DNA of 61,289 nucleotides from an uncultured Burkholderiales bacterium (GTDB lineage: Bacteria; Pseudomonadota; Gammaproteobacteria; Burkholderiales; JAEUOS01). Below are positions 55,829 through 61,289 of this stretch, in pieces. Position numbers and translations under genes: made by a program. The first letter of the stretch is position 1; each line of letters starts with the position of its first letter. Location of the stretch: contig CAYUEG010000006.1 of the NCBI GenBank assembly GCA_964443245.1, forward strand, positions 1 through 61,289. Reading direction: 5' to 3'. The notes under the pieces are model-generated. The model did no database searches. It was not told the origin of the DNA and saw only the letters and a list, made by a program, of their open reading frames with translations.

Positions 55829-57796
55829 ATGAGATTCCAGTCCCTGCTGGTTGCCAACCGTGGCGAAATCGCCTTGCGCATCATGCGCACGGCCAGAACC
55901 ATGGGCTTGCGCACCGTGGCGGTGTATTCGGATGCAGATGCCAATGCGCTGCACGTACGGGCAGCCGATCAGGCGGTCCATATCGGCGCGGCGCTGCCGC
56001 GCGCGTCGTATCTCAACATCGATGCGATCGTTGCTGCAGCGAAAGCCAGTGGCGCGCAAGCTGTGCATCCCGGCTATGGATTCCTGGCGGAAAACGATGC
56101 GTTCGCACAGGCGGTCATGGATGCCGGTCTGGCGTGGATCGGGCCGCCACCGCAGGCGATCCGCAGCATGGGCAACAAGGCGGGCGCCAAGCGCCTGATG
56201 AAGGCGGCCGGCGTGCCTTGCATTCCCGGTTATGACGAGCAAGACCAGTCCGATGCGGTTCTGGCGCAGGCAGCGGCGGTCATCGGCGTACCGCTGATGA
56301 TCAAGGCGACAGCCGGCGGCGGCGGGCGCGGGATGCGCCTGGTGACCGCAATGGCCGATTTTCCGTCTGCCCTGGCAACTGCGCGTTCCGAAGCGCAGAA
56401 CGCCTTCGGGTCACCCGAGGTGATTCTCGAAAAGGCCGTCATCGAGCCGCGCCACGTCGAGGTGCAGGTATTCGCCGATACCCATGGCAACGTGGTCCAC
56501 TTGGGCGAGCGCGATTGTTCGGTACAGCGGCGCCACCAGAAGGTGATCGAGGAGGCACCGTCCCCTGCAGTGCATCCAGATTTGCGACGTCGCATGGGCG
56601 CCATGGCGGTCTCTGCCGCTCGTGCGATCGGCTACGTGGGTGCCGGCACCATCGAGTGCCTGCTTGATGCCGACGGCAATTTCTACTTCATGGAAATGAA
56701 CACCCGCCTGCAGGTGGAGCATCCGGTGACGGAGGCGCTGACCGGTTTCGATCTGGTCGAATGGCAGTTGCGCGTGGCGCAGGGAGAAGCACTGCCGGTT
56801 ACCGATCAGGAGGCGATCCTGCAGCGTTATGAATCCGCTGGCCACGCCATCGAGGTTCGTCTGTGTGCGGAAGATGCAGACCAGGGTTTCTTGCCGCAAA
56901 GTGGCAAGGTTCTGGCATGGCAGCCGGCCGGTGGCGTACGCGTGGATGCCGCACTTGAGAGTGGCATGTTGGTGCCGCCGTTCTATGACTCCATGCTCGC
57001 CAAGCTGATCGCACACGGCGCCACCCGCGATGCGGCACGCGAGCAACTGGCGTTTGCGCTGGATGACACGGTGCTGCTCGGCTTTGCCAGCAACAAGCGG
57101 TTTCTGTCGGCCTGCCTGCGCCATCCGCAGTTTGCCGCCGGTGGCGCAACCACGGCATTCATTGCGCGGGAGGCCGATGACTTGGTCGAACCGCCCGTCA
57201 CCGAGGCGCCGCTGGTGCTGGCGGCCGCCGTGCACGTCTGGCGCGGCGGGGGGCGCAGTCGCCTGACGGCTGCATTCGCGTTGCCGCTGCGCCTGGAGGT
57301 GGATGGTGTAGTGCATGCCATCACGCTGAAACCGTTGGGAGACAAGGGTTTCGAGCTTGTTGGCGAGAGCGGTGCGGCGCGCTTTTCGATTGTCTTGCGC
57401 GAGCATGACCGGGTGCGCTTGCAGGGACAGCAGGGCCCGCTCACGATTCAATTGGCGTTTTCCGAATCGGCCGATCCGCTGGTTGGCGAGGCGCAATGGG
57501 CCGGTCGCCGCTATGTGTTGCGCGACCTGACCCTGGCGCCGATGCGGTCCGGTACCGCCGCAGGTGGCGATGGCAGCATCAAGGCGCCGATGGCGGGCCG
57601 TGTGGTTGCGGTACTGGCAAAGCAGGGGGATGTGGTGGAAAAGGGCACGCCGCTGCTGGTGCTCGAAGCCATGAAGATGGAACATCCGGTACGCGCATCC
57701 GGTGCTGGCAAACTGGTGGCGCTCGACGCTGTCGAGAATGCACAGGTTGCGTTGGGTCAGATGCTCGCCCGCATCGAAGCCGTTTCGCCATCTTGA
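55829..57796 (+). CDS. Acyl-CoA carboxylase biotin carboxylase/biotin carrier subunit, AtuF-like
   Basis: ANRGEIA, HPGYGFLAEN, GGGGRGMR, ERDCSVQRRHQK, EMNTRLQVEHPVTE, biotinylation motif EAMKME. Confidence 0.92.
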   Translation: MRFQSLLVANRGEIALRIMRTARTMGLRTVAVYSDADANALHVRAADQAVHIGAALPRASYLNIDAIVAAAKASGAQAVHPGYGFLAENDAFAQAVMDAGLAWIGPPPQAIRSMGNKAGAKRLMKAAGVPCIPGYDEQDQSDAVLAQAAAVIGVPLMIKATAGGGGRGMRLVTAMADFPSALATARSEAQNAFGSPEVILEKAVIEPRHVEVQVFADTHGNVVHLGERDCSVQRRHQKVIEEAPSPAVHPDLRRRMGAMAVSAARAIGYVGAGTIECLLDADGNFYFMEMNTRLQVEHPVTEALTGFDLVEWQLRVAQGEALPVTDQEAILQRYESAGHAIEVRLCAEDADQGFLPQSGKVLAWQPAGGVRVDAALESGMLVPPFYDSMLAKLIAHGATRDAAREQLAFALDDTVLLGFASNKRFLSACLRHPQFAAGGATTAFIAREADDLVEPPVTEAPLVLAAAVHVWRGGGRSRLTAAFALPLRLEVDGVVHAITLKPLGDKGFELVGESGAARFSIVLREHDRVRLQGQQGPLTIQLAFSESADPLVGEAQWAGRRYVLRDLTLAPMRSGTAAGGDGSIKAPMAGRVVAVLAKQGDVVEKGTPLLVLEAMKMEHPVRASGAGKLVALDAVENAQVALGQMLARIEAVSPS

Positions 57797-57839
57797 GTGG
57801 CGTTCCGGTCTGACCGACGAACCCAAGCGAAGGCAATCC

Positions 57840-58046
57840 ATGATTCCGACCGGAAGGTACCGGCACTACAAGGGCAATGAGTACCAGGTGATTGGTGTTG
57901 CGCGCCACTCCGAAAGCCACGAAGAGATGGTGGTGTACCGGCCACTGTATGGCGAGGGCGGTCTGTGGGTGCGGCCGCTTGCGATGTTCACCGAAAACGT
58001 CACGGTGGATGGCAATTCCGTGCCGCGCTTCACATTGCTAGGCTGA
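57840..58046 (+). CDS. DUF1653 domain protein
   Basis: GRYRHYKGNEYQVIGVARHSESHEEMVVYRPLYGEGGLWVRPLAMF. Confidence 0.93.
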   Translation: MIPTGRYRHYKGNEYQVIGVARHSESHEEMVVYRPLYGEGGLWVRPLAMFTENVTVDGNSVPRFTLLG

Positions 58047-58070
58047 AGGCCAGGCCCGCGTCACCTCCGG

Positions 58071-58088
58071 GGAGAAACGCGGAAACCC
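58071..58088 (+). repeat. Left-arm fragment of the palindromic repeat family
   Basis: GGAGAAACGCGGAAACCC matches 1006-1023 (GGAGAAACACGGAAACCC) at 17 of 18 positions. Confidence 0.55.
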
Positions 58089-58270
58089 AGGGAACGGCGT
58101 GATCATCGCAACAAACGAACCTTCCATCTTCCATTCCCTCGGGGCTTGGCCGTCAGGTACAGGGGAATCGCGCAAGTGAACCGCTAGAATGGATGGCAAA
58201 TGAAGCCTTTTCCCTCTGCCACCCGCCTCTGGATGCTGCCACCCGGTACTGCTTGCCGGATCTCTGCGCG

Positions 58271-59119
58271 ATGACGATTCAATGGTATCCCGGTCACATG
58301 GCCGCGGCGGTCGACAAGGTCAAGGAGGCGATGGCCGAGAACGACATGGTGGTCGAGGTGCTCGACGCCCGCTGCCCGCAGGCCAGCCGCAACCCGATGG
58401 TGGAAACGCTGCGCAATCATCGTCAGCGTCCCTGCCTGAAGGTACTCAACAAAGCCGATCTGGCAGACCCGGCGGCAACGGCCGCCTGGCTCAAGTTCTA
58501 TGGCGCGCAAAAGGGCGTCAGTGCGATTGCGCTTTCCTGCAAGAAGCCCGGCGAAGCCGCCAAGGTCCTGGCAGCAGCCAGGAAGCTTGCGCCGCACCGC
58601 AACGACAATTTCAAGCCCCTGCGCATGCTCATCATGGGTGTGCCCAACGTCGGCAAATCCACCCTGATCAATGCCCTGCTCAAAAAACGTGCGGCCAAGG
58701 TGGGGGATGAACCGGCCGTGACCAAGGTATTGCACCGCTACGACATTTCGTCGACGGTGCAGATTACCGATACGCCTGGACTGATGTGGCCGAAGATTGA
58801 TGAAGCGCATGCCGGACTGATGCTGGCCGCCAGTCACGTGATCGGCGCCAACGCGTATATCGAGAGTGACGTGGCGATTTTTCTGGGCGACGTGCTGCTC
58901 GCGCGCTATCCCGGGGCGCTGGCGGCGCGCTATGGTGTGGCCATCAGCACTGCGGTGGATGCGGCGCCGCTGGATGGTGTCAGTGTCGTGGAAGCCATTG
59001 CCGCCAAGCGCGGGTTGCGGCGAAAAGGTGGGGAAGCCGACTTCGACAAGGCCTCGCTGGTGCTTCTCGCAGACTACCGCAGTGGCGCGTTGGGTCGTGT
59101 GAGTCTGGAGGCGCCGTGA
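58271..59119 (+). CDS. ylqF: Ribosome biogenesis GTPase YlqF/RbgA
   Basis: MTIQWYPGHM, EVLDARCP..SRNP, NKADLAD, GVPNVGKST, DTPGLMWP (circularly permuted GTPase). Confidence 0.95.
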   Translation: MTIQWYPGHMAAAVDKVKEAMAENDMVVEVLDARCPQASRNPMVETLRNHRQRPCLKVLNKADLADPAATAAWLKFYGAQKGVSAIALSCKKPGEAAKVLAAARKLAPHRNDNFKPLRMLIMGVPNVGKSTLINALLKKRAAKVGDEPAVTKVLHRYDISSTVQITDTPGLMWPKIDEAHAGLMLAASHVIGANAYIESDVAIFLGDVLLARYPGALAARYGVAISTAVDAAPLDGVSVVEAIAAKRGLRRKGGEADFDKASLVLLADYRSGALGRVSLEAP

Positions 59120-60072
59120 GCGGGCGCCGCGGCAACCGGATCTGCGCGCTGCACGGTACCGTCTTCTTGCTTGCGCTGGCCAGCCTGCTCAACCTGGCAG
59201 GCTGCGCAGGTGTGAGCGTGGGCCCCAAGGTCATCTATGAGAGGCCCGCCATGTTTGGCCTGCTGATGGTGACGGACGACGGCAACGAGCGGCGTTCACT
59301 TCGTTTCGGCAACAGCGGCGCGCGCCAGAGCACCATCAAGATCGGCGATCCTGATCACCTGGAGTTCGAATACGCACAACTGATGGCTGCCAGCCTGGCG
59401 CTGGTGCCGGCGCCGCGCCGTCTGCTGGTGGTAGGCCTCGGCGGAGGCTCCTTGCCACTCTTCCTGCACCGCCGCTATCCGCAAGCAGTGGTGGAAGCGG
59501 TGGAGATCGATCCGGAGGTGGTGAAGGTCGCCAAGGCCTATTTTGGTGTGGTCGAGGATGCGCGCCTGAAGCTGCACGTGGGTGATGGCCGCGCCTTCAT
59601 CGAGCAGGCGCCGGCTGCGACCTACGACGCGATCCTGCTCGATGCGTTCGGCAGTCTGGAGGTGCCCGGCCATCTCACTACGCTTGAGTTTCTGGAAGTG
59701 GCAAGACGTGCCCTGGCGCCCCACGGCGTGGTGCTGAGCAATGTCTGGAACCAGCGCTACAACCGTCTGTATGACGGCATGCAGCGTACCCACCAGGAAG
59801 CGTTCGCCGAACTGCACCTGCTGGTGGCAGGGCGTGAAGTCAATCGGGTCTTTGTCGGCCTTGCGCAGCTGCGCGGGCTGACGGCGGCCCGGCTCACGGA
59901 CGCAGTCCGCCGCGAGGCAGCCGTGCGGCCTTACCGGTTTGACGCCGCCGACATCGTGGCGCGCAGCTATCTGGCGCTGCCGGCAAAGGATGCGGCGATG
60001 CCGGTTTTGCGTGATGGGGTGGGTCAAAGCGTGATTGCCCCGTTACGCATCCCGCAACGTGACAAGCCGTGA
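59116..60072 (+). CDS. Spermidine synthase-like SAM-dependent transferase with a predicted lipoprotein signal
   Basis: LLVVGLGGGSL, VEIDPEVV, VGDGRAF, YDAILLDAF. N-terminal RRGNR, hydrophobic stretch, LAGC (Cys30). Confidence 0.8.
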   Translation: MSGRRGNRICALHGTVFLLALASLLNLAGCAGVSVGPKVIYERPAMFGLLMVTDDGNERRSLRFGNSGARQSTIKIGDPDHLEFEYAQLMAASLALVPAPRRLLVVGLGGGSLPLFLHRRYPQAVVEAVEIDPEVVKVAKAYFGVVEDARLKLHVGDGRAFIEQAPAATYDAILLDAFGSLEVPGHLTTLEFLEVARRALAPHGVVLSNVWNQRYNRLYDGMQRTHQEAFAELHLLVAGREVNRVFVGLAQLRGLTAARLTDAVRREAAVRPYRFDAADIVARSYLALPAKDAAMPVLRDGVGQSVIAPLRIPQRDKP

Positions 60073-60126
60073 CCTGGCTTGGACCATAATTCATCCATTT
60101 ACCCGCACTTCGACAGGATCCTAGCC

Positions 60127-60702
60127 ATGAAAACCATCGCGATCTCGCAAGACCAAATGGAACAGCGCGTGGCACGCTTTGCGGCCTTGAAGCCACTTGC
60201 GATCCAGCAGGGGGATGTGGTGCCGCAAGCCGCACGTGATGTGGTGTACGCGCGCAAGCTCCTTTCCGTCATCGGACTGGAAGGGACCGCGAAGACGCCG
60301 ATCAACAGCGCGGCGCCGATCATTGGTGCCGGCGGCATGACGATGACGCTGGCCGTGTGCCCGCCCGGACAGGGGCCGGGACTGCACTCGCACCGAGAAA
60401 CCTACGAGACCTTTACCGTGCTTGCCGGCAAGTTCGAAGTGACCTGGAATGACAACGGCGAAAATCGCCTCGAACTGGATGTGTTCGACACGATTTCCAT
60501 TCCCCCCGGGGTATGCCGCGCGTTTCGCAATATCGGCACCGGCGAAGGCATCCTGCAGGTGCTGATTACCGGCGGGGTGCATGACATGAACGACATCGCG
60601 TTCTCGGCCAATGCGGCAGCCAAGATTGAATCCGCGGCGCCGGGCGCGTTGGGCCACTTCAAGGAAGTCGGCTTCCGCTTTGATGCCGGGCAGGAAGCCT
60701 GA
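60127..60702 (+). CDS. Cupin domain protein
   Basis: PPGQGPGLHSHRETYETFTVL.G.F and DTISIPPGVCRAFRN cupin motifs. Confidence 0.85.
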   Translation: MKTIAISQDQMEQRVARFAALKPLAIQQGDVVPQAARDVVYARKLLSVIGLEGTAKTPINSAAPIIGAGGMTMTLAVCPPGQGPGLHSHRETYETFTVLAGKFEVTWNDNGENRLELDVFDTISIPPGVCRAFRNIGTGEGILQVLITGGVHDMNDIAFSANAAAKIESAAPGALGHFKEVGFRFDAGQEA

Positions 60703-60721
60703 CCCGGGCTGGGCCGCCGCG

Positions 60722-60862
60722 TTACTGCTTCTTGTCTTTGGCGGCGTCTGCCGCCGGCGCGTCTTCCTTGGGCGCGTCGCCGATCACGCTCTTGAGGGGG
60801 CACATCGAAAACGCCGGGCATTTTTTGCAGCCGGCGACGATTGCAATCGGGCATAAGGTCAT
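60722..60862 (-). CDS. 46-aa four-cysteine microprotein
   Basis: RBS GAAGGG. MTLCPIAIVAGCKKCPAFSMCPLKSVIGDAPKEDAPAADAAKDKKQ. It is the 3' part of track ORF 60722..60967. Confidence 0.7.
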   Translation of the reverse strand: MTLCPIAIVAGCKKCPAFSMCPLKSVIGDAPKEDAPAADAAKDKKQ

Positions 60863-60992
60863 GGCAACCCCTTCAGGTTGGGTCGTGCGGGTGGGAGGAA
60901 TGACGGAAGTGCGCCGGTTCTGTCTGAAAACAAGCTGACTTGGCCAGCCCGATACCTCAGCCGTCAACCAGCTGCCCCAGCATACAGGGTTT

Positions 60993-61289
60993 TCATGACA
61001 ACACGGCTAAACCGTGTCGCGCCCGGGCCCTGAGGCACTTTTCGTCACCAGCCTGTACCTCCCGACAGGCTTCCGGGCGCTGGTCGTATACCGTGCACGC
61101 AACCTGCTCGCCAACCTTGCCAGCGAGCGCGACGCAACGCGGCTTCGGCAGGTCGGTGCCGGCCATGCACGAAAAACGTTCATTGATCTTGGCGGTCAGC
61201 TCTGCAGGCAGGCCGCGTGCGTCTGCCTCGGCCCAATAGAACGACACGCGAAAGGTTTCGCAGCAGGCACCACATTGCTGGCAGTCGAA
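60993..61289 (-). CDS. YkgJ-family cysteine-cluster protein, start lies beyond the window
   Basis: Frame is open to the window edge: FDCQQCGACCETFRVSFYWAE...RC.AL.G..G..V.C.VY..RP..CR. Confidence 0.9.
   Translation of the reverse strand, partial: FDCQQCGACCETFRVSFYWAEADARGLPAELTAKINERFSCMAGTDLPKPRCVALAGKVGEQVACTVYDQRPEACREVQAGDEKCLRARARHGLAVLS

Noticed and set aside
58216-58245. CTGCCACCCG direct repeat upstream of ylqF
   Set aside because: Two copies of a GC-rich 10-mer with no other support, which is compatible with chance.

Overview
A 61.3 kb GC-rich chromosomal window, most likely from a betaproteobacterium (inferred from gene order such as gph-trpEGDC, dapA-bamC-MBL, tyrB/uvrB and ogt-xerD-ybaK-plsY). 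It holds about 59 CDS. I found no rRNA, tRNA, CRISPR array, IS or prophage. The housekeeping backbone is tgt (partial), ogt, xerD, ybaK, folB, plsY, tsaD, gph-trpEGDC, dapA-bamC, tyrB/aspC, uvrB and ylqF. Accessory modules interrupt it: (1) a Tat-exported IorAB-type molybdoenzyme; (2) a QseBC-like two-component system plus a CzcCBA-like RND pump, with two PmrA/QseB-type boxes; (3) a TsaM/VanA-like Rieske oxygenase divergent from a LysR, Mo-hydroxylase and SDR operon; (4) a PdsR/PdsS pair with no sortase nearby, flanked by an MsbA-related ABC transporter, a 52-aa membrane microprotein and a 1196-aa DUF748 (AsmA-like clan) protein; (5) a three-subunit split-beta nitrile hydratase/thiocyanate hydrolase-like operon whose pocket residues look hybrid; (6) a Ser/Thr kinase-HDOD fusion; (7) an AtuC/AtuF-like carboxylase pair. 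Items not called, or only partly called, by the ORF track: a 27-aa leader peptide with three Trp codons upstream of trpE (candidate attenuator), a family of palindromic repeats with one copy inside pdsS, two microproteins, and the partial tgt and YkgJ genes at the window ends. All product calls come from motif recognition, not database searches.
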